64,000 nucleotides of DNA from an uncultured delta proteobacterium. Its GTDB lineage: Bacteria; Desulfobacterota; Binatia; DP-6. Under the pieces are notes generated by a model. The model was not told the origin of the DNA and did no database searches. It saw nothing but the letters and a program-made list of their open reading frames with translations. Position 1 is the first letter of the stretch. Each line of letters opens with the position of its first letter. The DNA is taken from the NCBI GenBank assembly GCA_963815115.1, contig CAWFFN010000007.1, positions 1,120,001 to 1,184,000 on the forward strand, written 5' to 3'. Below are positions 55,015 to 64,000 of this stretch, piece by piece. Both the position numbers and the translations under genes were made by a program.

Positions 55015-56225
55015 GCCTCGAGCATCTCGATACGGTCATTTCCTTCGTGGTGATCCTTGCGGGCGTCAGCCTGCTCGTCACCACACTGACGCAGATGGCT
55101 TCGGCGCTGCTGGGCTTGCGGGGCACTAACCTCCGCTGGGGGATCACGACCCTGCTCAAGGAGCTGGATCCCGAGCTCAGGGCTTACGCTCCTTCGATCA
55201 GCCAGGCCGTCCTGCACCATCCGCTCATCTCGGATTCCACGTTCTCTCGCTTCGGCGCCCGGCTCCTCGGACGATGGAAGCTGGCCTCGGCGATTCGCAA
55301 GGATGAATTGATCGGAATACTCCACATCCTCGCCGAGTCTCCCCCGGCTGCCGCATCCGGCGCCAACACGGAGACCTGGCAGCCCAAGCTTCGCGACGCG
55401 CTCGAACAGCTCGACCGGGACGCGGCGGGCAGTGTCGTACTGGCCGCGCCGGAGATCCGGAAGCTGTTTCCGGGCGATGCCGACAAGAGCGAGCAGGTGC
55501 TGGCGCAGATGATGACCTCCGCCGAACATGTCTCCGGCACGATCAACGCGTGGTTCGACTCGACGATGGATCGGGTCAAGCAGCGGTTTGCGATGCACGC
55601 CAGGATCTCCACGATCATCTTCTCCGTGGCGATCGCGCTTGCTCTGCACCTGGACGCATTCAAGCTGCTGACGCAGCTCTCCACGGATGCCGAGCTGCGT
55701 GCGCGGCTGATCTCCAGCGCCGACACCCTCGCCAGGAAGGCCGACGAGATCCTCGTGACGTCCCCGAACGCCTCCACGGTCTACGTCGTGGCCATGCAGC
55801 AACTGCTCAGCGATGCGGGGAACGAGCTCGCGGGAGTAGGACAGCCCTCGGGATTCACCGACCTGTCCGGAGGAAAGCAATGGCTGGCGGATCAGCTGAA
55901 GGCCGCCCACATTCACGACCCCGACAAGTGGCTGGCACGGTACGAGGCCCTGGTGCCCCAAGCAGCGCTGCGCACGGCGGCGGACGATTTCCACTCGATC
56001 CTGAACGACAAGCTGAAGTTCCAGCTCATCCCCGATCCCTACCCTTCGCCGATCTACAACTACTGGACGCCGAGCTGGCTTCACCTCTGGGGCGTCGTCG
56101 CGAGCGCCGCTTTGCTGAGCCTGGGAGCACCTTTCTGGTTCAACATGCTCAAGACGCTCAGTAGCCTCCGCCCAGTGGTGGCAAACAAGCAAGAGCAGGA
56201 AGCCGGGGAGGAAGCGAAGACGTGA
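55011..56225 (+). CDS. Uncharacterised multi-TM membrane protein
   Basis: Three hydrophobic segments, WFDSTMDR and LSLGAPFWFNML; ATGA overlap with the DUF6519 gene. Confidence 0.8.
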   Translation: MSLEHLDTVISFVVILAGVSLLVTTLTQMASALLGLRGTNLRWGITTLLKELDPELRAYAPSISQAVLHHPLISDSTFSRFGARLLGRWKLASAIRKDELIGILHILAESPPAAASGANTETWQPKLRDALEQLDRDAAGSVVLAAPEIRKLFPGDADKSEQVLAQMMTSAEHVSGTINAWFDSTMDRVKQRFAMHARISTIIFSVAIALALHLDAFKLLTQLSTDAELRARLISSADTLARKADEILVTSPNASTVYVVAMQQLLSDAGNELAGVGQPSGFTDLSGGKQWLADQLKAAHIHDPDKWLARYEALVPQAALRTAADDFHSILNDKLKFQLIPDPYPSPIYNYWTPSWLHLWGVVASAALLSLGAPFWFNMLKTLSSLRPVVANKQEQEAGEEAKT

Positions 56226-56508
56226 TTGGCGGACTTTCCCGGAGGCTCGCACGTAGGCCGCCTTGGTTGACGGCACCATGGGCCGTCGCTAGCATCGCGA
56301 GCAAGCGGACGGGTGCTCTCCGCACGTGTGAGAGGTTGCCGTATGCTTCGCAGTCGAACTGCTGGTGTTCACGAGGGCTTGCCGCCTCCTGGCCATCGGG
56401 GGGCGGCGCCCGGAGTCCGTCGCCCTCGAGAGCACGCTTCCGAGACGGCCCCCACGTCCAAGCGCGGGCTTTCGCCGGCTTCCAGCCGAGGAACAGAGAG
56501 CGTACCGA

Positions 56509-57609
56509 ATGAGAATGCAACCACTCAACGCTAAGCCCACGTCGACGCGAGCGCTCCCCTTGTTGCCCGCGCGAGGCCAGTTCCTGCAGCGGAAGTGTGC
56601 GTGTGCGGGGAAGGCCGCCGCAGCCGAGGGCTGCGCGGCGTGCCTCGAGAAGGAGCCGTTGCAACGTCGTGCGATGAGCACAGCTGAGCAAACGGGCGCG
56701 CCGGTCCGCGTGCGTGATGTGCTTCAGTCACGCGGCCAGCCGCTCGATTTGCGCAATCGCGCCTTCATGAAGACCTACTTCGGGCACGACTTCAGCCGCG
56801 TGCGAGTCCACACCGACGCACGAGCTGCAGAGTCTGCGCGGGAAGCCGGCGCGCTGGCATACACGGCCGGGGATCAGATTGTGTTTGGGTCGGGACAATA
56901 TGCGCCGAGATCGCCGAAAGGCATGGAGCTGCTCGCCCACGAGCTCGCCCACGTGATCCAGCAGCGCTCTGGGAGGGTTGTAGCTGAGCATGGAGTCGGC
57001 TCACCGCAAAGCGCTCACGAGCACGAAGCCGATAGTTTCGCTGAACGTGTATCTCGGATGATCTCACAGACGCGTGTCTTCCAAAGGTCCTCCCCTTCCA
57101 CTGTGAATTGCCTCACGAAGGGAGCAAGCGAGGCGGCGGACACGGAGACGTCATTTGAGCCTCCTGATCCGCGCTTCTTGTACCAAAACAACGGCGACAC
57201 GACCTGCAGGTTCCCGGCAGGGACGCCCTCGACCACCATTTCCAACACAGATTGCGCCCGGCCATGCACCGTGAGGCATGAAGGCATCCACAGCGCTGAT
57301 ATTTCTCCGTGCTGCGCTGCCGCCGGGAGGGCACACGCCGCCGCTGCAACGCCCGCGGCCAAGACTGCAGTTGAAGATCGCTTCTTCACGTGGATGGGTA
57401 GCAACCGTAGCTGGTTCGAATGTCGGGCCTATGCAGAAAGCGTCAGATGCGCCGATGGGATGATTACCGCGAAGCATTGTTCGAGTCCGGCGCCGGGTGA
57501 CGCGGCATGCTGCGGGACCCTGGCCTCGTACCGTTCAGACAAGGAGACCCGCCGCGCAAGCAATTGTGCCGCCGCGGCGGCCAACTTGTCTGCCTGTCCC
57601 TTTCCGTAG
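56509..57609 (+). CDS. DUF4157 protein with a Cys-rich second HExxH domain (putative effector)
   Basis: QRKCAC..CAAC, FGHDFSRVRVHTD and LLAHELAHVIQQ, then CTVRHEGIH...ECRAY. Confidence 0.85.
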   Translation: MRMQPLNAKPTSTRALPLLPARGQFLQRKCACAGKAAAAEGCAACLEKEPLQRRAMSTAEQTGAPVRVRDVLQSRGQPLDLRNRAFMKTYFGHDFSRVRVHTDARAAESAREAGALAYTAGDQIVFGSGQYAPRSPKGMELLAHELAHVIQQRSGRVVAEHGVGSPQSAHEHEADSFAERVSRMISQTRVFQRSSPSTVNCLTKGASEAADTETSFEPPDPRFLYQNNGDTTCRFPAGTPSTTISNTDCARPCTVRHEGIHSADISPCCAAAGRAHAAAATPAAKTAVEDRFFTWMGSNRSWFECRAYAESVRCADGMITAKHCSSPAPGDAACCGTLASYRSDKETRRASNCAAAAANLSACPFP

Positions 57610-57631
57610 GAAGAACGGGCAAGGCGGGACC

Positions 57632-58384
57632 GTGAAGAGGAAGCGCCTCGTCAGGCCGCTTGTCGGGGGCGCGGTGATGATGGCGGCGCTCTGGGTATCT
57701 CAGGCGCTCCGACCAGAGAGTGGTGCTGCCGCGGATGGAGGACACCGCGACAGCACGGGTGCCAGGCGGGGGGATACGACGTGCTCGGACAACTCCGCGC
57801 AATTGTCGAGGGGAGAAGAGATGGATGAGGTCAAGCTTCTAGAGGATCAGGAAGTGAAACTACGGCTCCCCATGTCCGGCTATCGCCTGATTCCCGGGTA
57901 TACGGGTCACCTCGGATTGCCGGTGGAGATCCACCTGCGGCTGTATGCGGTCAAGGACCAGGAGAAGAGGCTGATAGCCAGTCCTGACGACCTGTCGCGT
58001 ATCGTCACGCATATTGACGACGAGGATGCGGCGTGGCGTTTTCTCCGTCTCTTTACAGCGCCGGCAACTCACTACCTCTTCCAGAAGGGCGTCTACACGA
58101 TCGATCTGGAAGTATCATCCCCGGGCTTGCAGACCGGCGAGGGCGTGATCTCACCCGAGGTGGCTCAGCGGATTGGTCTCCAGCCGGCAGAGATGACGCG
58201 GGAGAACCGTCAGTATGTTGCCAGCCGCGATCTGGTGCGCGCGAATGCAATGGAGCGAGGAGCGCCGGCCGAAGTCCTTCGCCGCCGTGAAACGCTCTCT
58301 GAGGGAGCCGCGTATCGCCTGATAGAGGACCGTGTGAAGGGAAGCATCCCGCGCCAGGATGTGACCTTCCCGTCGTATGAATGA
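57632..58384 (+). CDS. Exported hypothetical protein, candidate immunity partner
   Basis: Basic plus hydrophobic N-terminus; starts 22 nt after the effector gene. Confidence 0.55.
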   Translation: MKRKRLVRPLVGGAVMMAALWVSQALRPESGAAADGGHRDSTGARRGDTTCSDNSAQLSRGEEMDEVKLLEDQEVKLRLPMSGYRLIPGYTGHLGLPVEIHLRLYAVKDQEKRLIASPDDLSRIVTHIDDEDAAWRFLRLFTAPATHYLFQKGVYTIDLEVSSPGLQTGEGVISPEVAQRIGLQPAEMTRENRQYVASRDLVRANAMERGAPAEVLRRRETLSEGAAYRLIEDRVKGSIPRQDVTFPSYE

Positions 58385-58498
58385 GTCGCGAGACAGGCGG
58401 GAGGTGACCCGCGCCTCTTCGATCCGTTCCGCGCGCTAGGATCACCGACGCCGCGGGTGCTTGCCTGCGTGTGGTGAACGGCGGTAGAGGGTTCCCCC

Positions 58499-58516
58499 TG
58501 TTCCCGAACGGGAACA
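58499..58516. promoter_or_regulatory. Perfect inverted repeat (possible operator)
   Basis: TGTTCCCG-AA-CGGGAACA, 18 nt upstream of the cyclase start. Confidence 0.35.
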
Positions 58517-58534
58517 CCCCGACGCGAAGGCCGT

Positions 58535-60560
58535 ATGCCCGACGATCCGCTGTCCCGCAGACTCACCACGATCGTTGCGCTCGACGTCGCGGGCTATTCC
58601 GCACGCACGGAAGCCGATGAGGCGAGAACCGCGGCCGAGGTGGCGGCGCTGCGGCGCGTGATCGAAGGCATCGCCACGGCGCAAGGCGGGCGCGTGTTCA
58701 ACACCGCAGGCGATGGCTTCATGCTGGAGTTCGGCTCGAGCCTGGCCGCCGTCGAGGCCGCCTACGCCCTCGCAGACACGTGCGAGCCCAAGGTGCGGGT
58801 CGGCGTACATCTGGGCGACGTCGTGGTGCAGCCCAATGGCGACCTCCTCGGCCACGGCGTCAATGTCGCGTACCGCCTGATGGCGCGCAGCGATCCAGGT
58901 TCGGTGTTGGTGTCGGCCGACGTGCGCCGTACGATCCGGGGCCCGTTGGCCGAGCGTCTCGTCTCGCGCGGCAGCCTGCAGCTCGACAAGATGACGGAGA
59001 CCATCGAGGCCTTCGCGCTCGGTTCCGCGGCGTCGGTCAACGTCGCGACGCCACCCACGAGCACCGAGCCGCTTCTCGCCGTGCTACCCTTCGACAACCT
59101 GTCGGATGATCGGGAGATGCAGTTCTTCTCGGACGGCGTGTCGGAGGAGATCATTCAACGGCTGTCACGCGGCGCACAGATGAAAGTGATCGGGCGCACA
59201 TCGAGCTTTCAGTTTCGTGGTGCGGACAAGACTGCCGCGCAACGTGGCGAAGGAGCTCAAGTGCTCGCACATCCTGGACGGCTCCATCCGCCGGGCGGGC
59301 GGGCGGGTGCGCATCGCGACGCATCTCGTGGACGCGACCTCGCAGACGACCCTGTGGTCGGATCGGTATGACCGCAGCCTCGAAGACATCTTCGCCGTGC
59401 AGGACGAGATCTCCGAACACATCGCGGCCGCCCTCGACAGGACCTTCACGAGCTTCTCGACCAAGGCGATCGATCCGGCGGTCTATGACCTCTATCTGCA
59501 CGCCAGCCCCAGGTCCTATGCGCCCGAGGAGCTGCGGACCAACATCGGCCTGCTGGAGGTCGCCACGCAGCGCGGCCCCACTTTCGCCGAAGCCTGGGGT
59601 CGGCTCGCGTATCTGCGGGCCTGGCTGCGCCTCTATCAGCCGTTTGCCGATCGCGCTGCGAGCGCCGGCCTGGTGGCGAACGAAGCAGAGCGGGCGTTGG
59701 CTCTCGATCCGCAGAACGTCGACGCCCTGTTGGCGCAGTTCTTCCTCATCCCCCCCTTCGGACGGTTCGTCGAGGCCGACGCGGTCATGGGGCGCATCGG
59801 GCGGGCGGCCGGCCTCGGCGCCGGAGGAATCTACGTCGGCTGGCACTGCAGGGCCATCGGACGGCTTCGCGAAAGCGCCGAAGCGACGGAGCGCGCCTTC
59901 CTGTTGGACGCATTGAACCCGATGTCCGCGAATCTGGTCGCGCTCTCGAGAATGGCGACGGGGCGCGTTGCGGAAGCCGTGCCGGTTTTCGAGGACCTCA
60001 TGGCGCGCGTGCCCGACATGAGCTTCCCGGTTGCGAACCTGCTGCGCGCGCAGGCCTTCCTCGAGGATTGGGCGGCGGTCGACCGGCTACTGGATCCTGC
60101 GGCACGACACCCTCTGCGCGAGTTTCAGGACGGTCTGGCGTTCATCCGGACCAAGCGCGACCCCACGCCGGAGAACATCGGCGCCATCCGAGACGCGCTC
60201 GCGGCGGATTGCACCAGGACGGGATGCGTCGACGTCTCGCGGCTCGTGTACGCAGCGCACCTCGGCCTGGTCGAGAAAGCCTACCGGACGGCCGAGACCG
60301 CCTGCCTCGGTCCGGGTGGTACCGAAGACGACATCATGGGTCCGGACGGCTACCGCACCGGGCTGTTGTTCCACGCTGGGATGCCTGAATTGCGCAACGA
60401 TCCGCGCTTCGCGCTCCTGTGCGCACGCCTCGGCCTCGTCGAATTCTGGTTGGCGACGGGCAAATGGCCCGACTGCGTCGATGAAGTTCCCTACGACTTC
60501 AAGGCCGAATGCGAGAAGGTGCGCATGGTTCCGATACACGAGTTCAGGTTTTTGAACTGA
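58535..60560 (+). CDS. Class III nucleotide cyclase + TolB-like + TPR protein, frameshifted near 59240
   Basis: LDVAGYS, TAGDGFM, GHGVNVAYRL and LAVLPFDNLS..RTSSFQF. It continues in a shifted frame as NVAKELKCSHILDGSIRR...DIFAVQDEI. Confidence 0.85.
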
Positions 60561-60580
60561 CACCGCGCGCCCCATCTTCC

Positions 60581-60879
60581 CTCGGCCTGACGTAGCTCTT
60601 CATCTCCACGACCTCCGCGTGGTCGAGCATCTGAGCGACCGCGTCGCGACCATGTCCCTCGGGACGATCGGCGAGATCGCCTCCCGCGACGAGGTCTACA
60701 CCGATGCGCGACATCGATACACGCGCGCGCTGCTCGCCGCCGTTTCGGTGCCGGACCCGCTACGGCGTGCGGAGCGGCCGCCGCTCCGCGGCGACTTCCC
60801 GAGCCCGCTCTCGCCACCGCCGCCCCTTTCCGAGACGGCCAGAGCGGGGCGCGGCCGTCTGGCGCATTCGCAAACCTGA
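60581..60879 (+). pseudogene. Remnant of an oligopeptide ABC ATPase C-terminus
   Basis: LGLT*LFIS(H)DLRVVEHLSDRVA...HRYTRALLAAV...GDFPSP, with a nonsense codon and a frameshift. Confidence 0.8.
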
Positions 60880-61101
60880 GAGAGGTATTCGCAGACCCAA
60901 GACAGATTGGTATGGTGTTGCCCTATGCCCGTGGGTGTCACCATGTTGCTCACCGACACGGTAAACGCCCTTCTACCGGCCGGGCGACGGGCGGGCGCGG
61001 CGCGTTCGGCGGTCCGGCTCTTGCTTGGTCTCACCCGGGAACGGCCTCCGGCACGCCCCGGCCGATGACAGCCGACCGGAACAACGCTCGAGAGGAGACT
61101 C

Positions 61102-62490
61102 ATGCGACATCCGAGGATCAACCATGCGACCGCGATGGCCGCCGCCTTGGTGCTCACCTTCCTCCGCGTGGTGGCCTGGGCGGAAGCCCAGGATGAGCTG
61201 GACGGCCAGCTGACCGCCGTCCTGCACCAGCACGGCTTCACGGGCGCCGTCGAGAGCACCCTAGAGGCGAGGATCGGACGGCGGATCGACCAACGTCTGG
61301 CGCGGCTCGGCAAGGTGCTGTGGTTCGATGAGCTGACCTCGGTCAATGACGACAACACGTGCGGTGGGTGCCACGCGCCGCCAGCCAACATGGGAGACAC
61401 GCAGTCGATCGCCATCGGCATCGAGAACAACCGCCTCGTCGGGCCGGACCGGATCGGCCCCAGGAACCAGCGCCGAGCTCCCACGGTGGTCAATGCCGCG
61501 TTCTATCCGAATCTCATGTGGAACTCGCGATTTGCGTCGCTGTCGCGCGACCCGTTCGACAACGGCGCCGGGTTCAGCTTCCCGGCGCCCGAAGGAACCC
61601 GCCTGTCGTACGAACCGCAGCTCCTCATCGCACAAGCCTTCATCCCGCCGACCGAGCGAGTCGAGGCGGCGGGGTTTGCCTTTCCGGGTGACAACGACGA
61701 CATCCGGGCGGAGGTCATCCGCCGCCTCAATGACACCGCGGCGTATCGCGATCTCTTCGGACGCGTCTTTGCGGAGGTCCGCCGGGGCGATCCCATCACC
61801 TACGAGCACTTCTCGCGGGCGATCGCCGAGTTCGAGTTCACTCTCGTGTTCGCCGATGCACCGCTCGATCGTTTCGCGCGTGGTCGGACGCACGCCATGA
61901 CGGCCGACCAGAAATCGGGCGCGCTTCTCTTCTTCGGAAAAGCTGGCTGCGTGCAGTGCCACGCCGTATCGGGCCAGTCGAACGAGATGTTCAGCGACTT
62001 CTCCCAGCACGTCGTCGGCGTGCCGCAGGTGACACCGAGCACCGGCAACGTCACGTTCGACGGTCCCGGCGGCAACGAGGATTTCGGGCTGGAGCAGATC
62101 ACGGGCGATCCCGGGGACCGCTACAAGTTTCGCACCTCCCCGATCCGCAACGCGGCCGTGCAGCCCGCCTTCTTCCACAACGGCGCGTTCGTGACTCTCG
62201 AGGCTGCGATTCGTCACCATCTGAATGTCTACGAATCGGCCCGTACCTACAGCACGGCGCAACTGGACGTCGATCTGCGTGGTCCGGTCGGCCCGATCGA
62301 GCCGGTGCTGGAGCGGCTGGATCCGCTGTTGCGGACGCCGATCGAACTGACGGATGCCGAGTTCGGGCAACTCTACGCATTCGTGGCGGAAGCGCTCCTC
62401 GACCGGAGAGCGCTGCCCGTGCATCAGCGTCATCTGGTACCGAAGCGGGTGCCCAGCGGCCGTGCGATTCCGACGTTTCAGTTCGAGTAG
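61102..62490 (+). CDS. Di-haem cytochrome c peroxidase/MauG superfamily protein
   Basis: CGGCH, RRAPTVVN, CVQCH, and FRTSPIRN..FFHNG. Confidence 0.9.
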   Translation: MRHPRINHATAMAAALVLTFLRVVAWAEAQDELDGQLTAVLHQHGFTGAVESTLEARIGRRIDQRLARLGKVLWFDELTSVNDDNTCGGCHAPPANMGDTQSIAIGIENNRLVGPDRIGPRNQRRAPTVVNAAFYPNLMWNSRFASLSRDPFDNGAGFSFPAPEGTRLSYEPQLLIAQAFIPPTERVEAAGFAFPGDNDDIRAEVIRRLNDTAAYRDLFGRVFAEVRRGDPITYEHFSRAIAEFEFTLVFADAPLDRFARGRTHAMTADQKSGALLFFGKAGCVQCHAVSGQSNEMFSDFSQHVVGVPQVTPSTGNVTFDGPGGNEDFGLEQITGDPGDRYKFRTSPIRNAAVQPAFFHNGAFVTLEAAIRHHLNVYESARTYSTAQLDVDLRGPVGPIEPVLERLDPLLRTPIELTDAEFGQLYAFVAEALLDRRALPVHQRHLVPKRVPSGRAIPTFQFE

Positions 62491-62611
62491 GCGCGCGCCG
62501 CGCCCCTTCCGGCTGGTGGGCCTGACATTGCCCCTTTCTTGTCGTAACTCCTGCAACCTAGCCTGGCGTGCGTAGACACGGCGGGTTGCCGGGCTCTTTG
62601 AGGAGGTGCTC

Positions 62612-63247
62612 ATGACGTCGAGAGTCGTCGGGTCGGTCGTCTCGTTGCTCGTGCTGCTGTGGGCCACGCCGGGGCACGCAGTCTTCGACCTGGCTCACAC
62701 CGGCAGTACAACCCTGTCGGCTCCGCCGCGCAGCGAGTGTACGTCGAAGAAGCTCGAGATCGCCGGCAAGAAGCTGCGCGACGAGATGAACTGCCACTCG
62801 AAGGCGGTGAACAAGGGCGAGCCGCTCGACGGCGAATGCCTGAGCAAGGTCGAGACGAAGTTCAGCGAGACCTGGGCCAAGGAGGAAGGCAAGGGCGGGT
62901 GCCTCACCACGGGTGATGCGGCGGGCATCGAAGGAACGATCGACGGCTTCATCGGCGAAGTCGTGGGTGACCTCGTGCGAGCGCACACCAAGAGCAAGTG
63001 CACCTCGAAGAAACTCGGGCTGATCGGCAAGAAGGCGCAGTCACTCGCGAAGTGCCACGCGAAGGCCCTCGACAAGGGCCTCGTCGTGGACGAGGAGTGC
63101 CTCCAGAAGGCCAGCGACACGTTCGCCAAAGGCTGGCCGAAGGCCGAGAAGGAGGCCGACTGCCAGGCGGGCCCCGGTGATCTCGCGCACATCGAGGGCG
63201 AGGTCGACGAGCTCGTCGAGGGGCTCGTCGATTTGCTGGTGCCGTAG
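62612..63247 (+). CDS. Secreted Cys-rich protein with two helical repeats
   Basis: Signal peptide; CTSKKL..GKK..CH.KA..KG...ECL.K occurs twice. Confidence 0.75.
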   Translation: MTSRVVGSVVSLLVLLWATPGHAVFDLAHTGSTTLSAPPRSECTSKKLEIAGKKLRDEMNCHSKAVNKGEPLDGECLSKVETKFSETWAKEEGKGGCLTTGDAAGIEGTIDGFIGEVVGDLVRAHTKSKCTSKKLGLIGKKAQSLAKCHAKALDKGLVVDEECLQKASDTFAKGWPKAEKEADCQAGPGDLAHIEGEVDELVEGLVDLLVP

Positions 63248-63551
63248 CGTCGACATCTCCCCATGGCACCCCGCGGGTCGCGCCGCGTCGCCGGGGTCAT
63301 GCCAACGACGGCAGCTGGCGCGGCCGGCGGCGGACCCGCTGGTGGCGGTCGCGGGCGAAGGCGTCACCGCGTCTCGCCGGCGCCCCGTGCAGCGTTCGTA
63401 CTGCAGCCGCCTTCCCGGGTGCAACCGCCCGGCTGCGGCGATTGCACGCTCGAGACCCGTCCAGCGTGCGAGTTCACGCGGTTCGGGCCGAAGTCCGGAT
63501 CTTGCTTGGGAACTCGGGGCCGATGCCGAGGAACCGCACGCGACGCCACCC

Positions 63552-63986
63552 ATGAGCGGGAGCGACGCCGCCACGCCAGGACCGTCCCGGCCGCGGCCGC
63601 GCCCGGCATCGCGCCAACGCGCCCGTCGATGGCGGGCGGTGCACGTCGCCACCGGTGCGCTCGTCGCCCTCCACTTTTCGGTGCTCGTGGCGGCGTTCCC
63701 GGACATCATGGTGACCAACGACTCGGCGTTTCACGTCGCCCTCGCACGGCAGTACGCGGAGCACGGGACCTACTTCTGGGACACGATCCACTACGCGCCT
63801 GCACACCGGCCCAACCTCCAGGGCCCCGCGGTGCATATGGCGACCGGCTTGCTCGGCCGCCTCCTCGGCGGCTCGGGTGACGACTACGTCCGCGCCAATG
63901 TATTGCTCGCCCTGGCCGGCTGGCTCGCAGCCGTCGGCACGGTCGTCTTCTGTGCGCTGGCCATCAGCGACGCGGCGACCCCGTAG
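63552..63986 (+). CDS. Short membrane protein resembling a GT-C glycosyltransferase N-terminus (possibly truncated)
   Basis: TM helix, then NDSAFHVALARQY...QGPAVH and a further TM. Confidence 0.4.
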   Translation: MSGSDAATPGPSRPRPRPASRQRARRWRAVHVATGALVALHFSVLVAAFPDIMVTNDSAFHVALARQYAEHGTYFWDTIHYAPAHRPNLQGPAVHMATGLLGRLLGGSGDDYVRANVLLALAGWLAAVGTVVFCALAISDAATP

Positions 63987-64000
63987 TCTCCCGAGACCCC

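Noticed and set aside
60908-60922. Sigma-54-like TGGTATGGTGTTGC upstream of the peroxidase gene
   Set aside because: GG-to-GC spacing is 9 nt rather than the required 10.
63552-63986. SDAATP peptide at both ends of the last ORF as a duplication scar
   Set aside because: The nucleotide match is short and imperfect in GC-rich DNA, and the window edge prevents assessment.

Overview
High-GC bacterial DNA. The gene style (many secreted Cys-rich proteins, di-haem enzymes, sigma-54 regulators) suggests a Binatota/deltaproteobacterium-like organism, but that is an inference. The dominant feature is a ~26 kb contractile injection system locus (eCIS, Afp/PVC-like; ~32.1-58.4 kb). It encodes a sheath, tube, DUF4255 cap, AAA+ ATPase, split tube-initiator/LysM, split VgrG, PAAR-like tip, gp25, two baseplate-J proteins, a P2-I-like tail protein, a short DUF6519 protein and a coupled membrane protein. 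Two well-matched sigma-54 promoters and a divergent enhancer-binding protein lie upstream. The locus carries two related Cys-rich HExxH cargo genes, each followed by a candidate immunity gene. The left half contains a frameshifted TIR-TM receptor, a probable selenoprotein peroxiredoxin (UGA plus SECIS-like hairpin), rlpA, two paralogous Vgb-like propellers, msrPQ and a cobalamin-riboswitch operon. It also has a candidate Cys leader-peptide attenuator before cysteine dioxygenase/rhodanese, an ankyrin-L,D-transpeptidase, tandem DHOR di-haem proteins and several gene remnants. Three single-base frameshifts may be sequencing errors. No rRNA, tRNA, CRISPR array or transposase was recognised. All family calls come from motif recognition by eye, not database searches.
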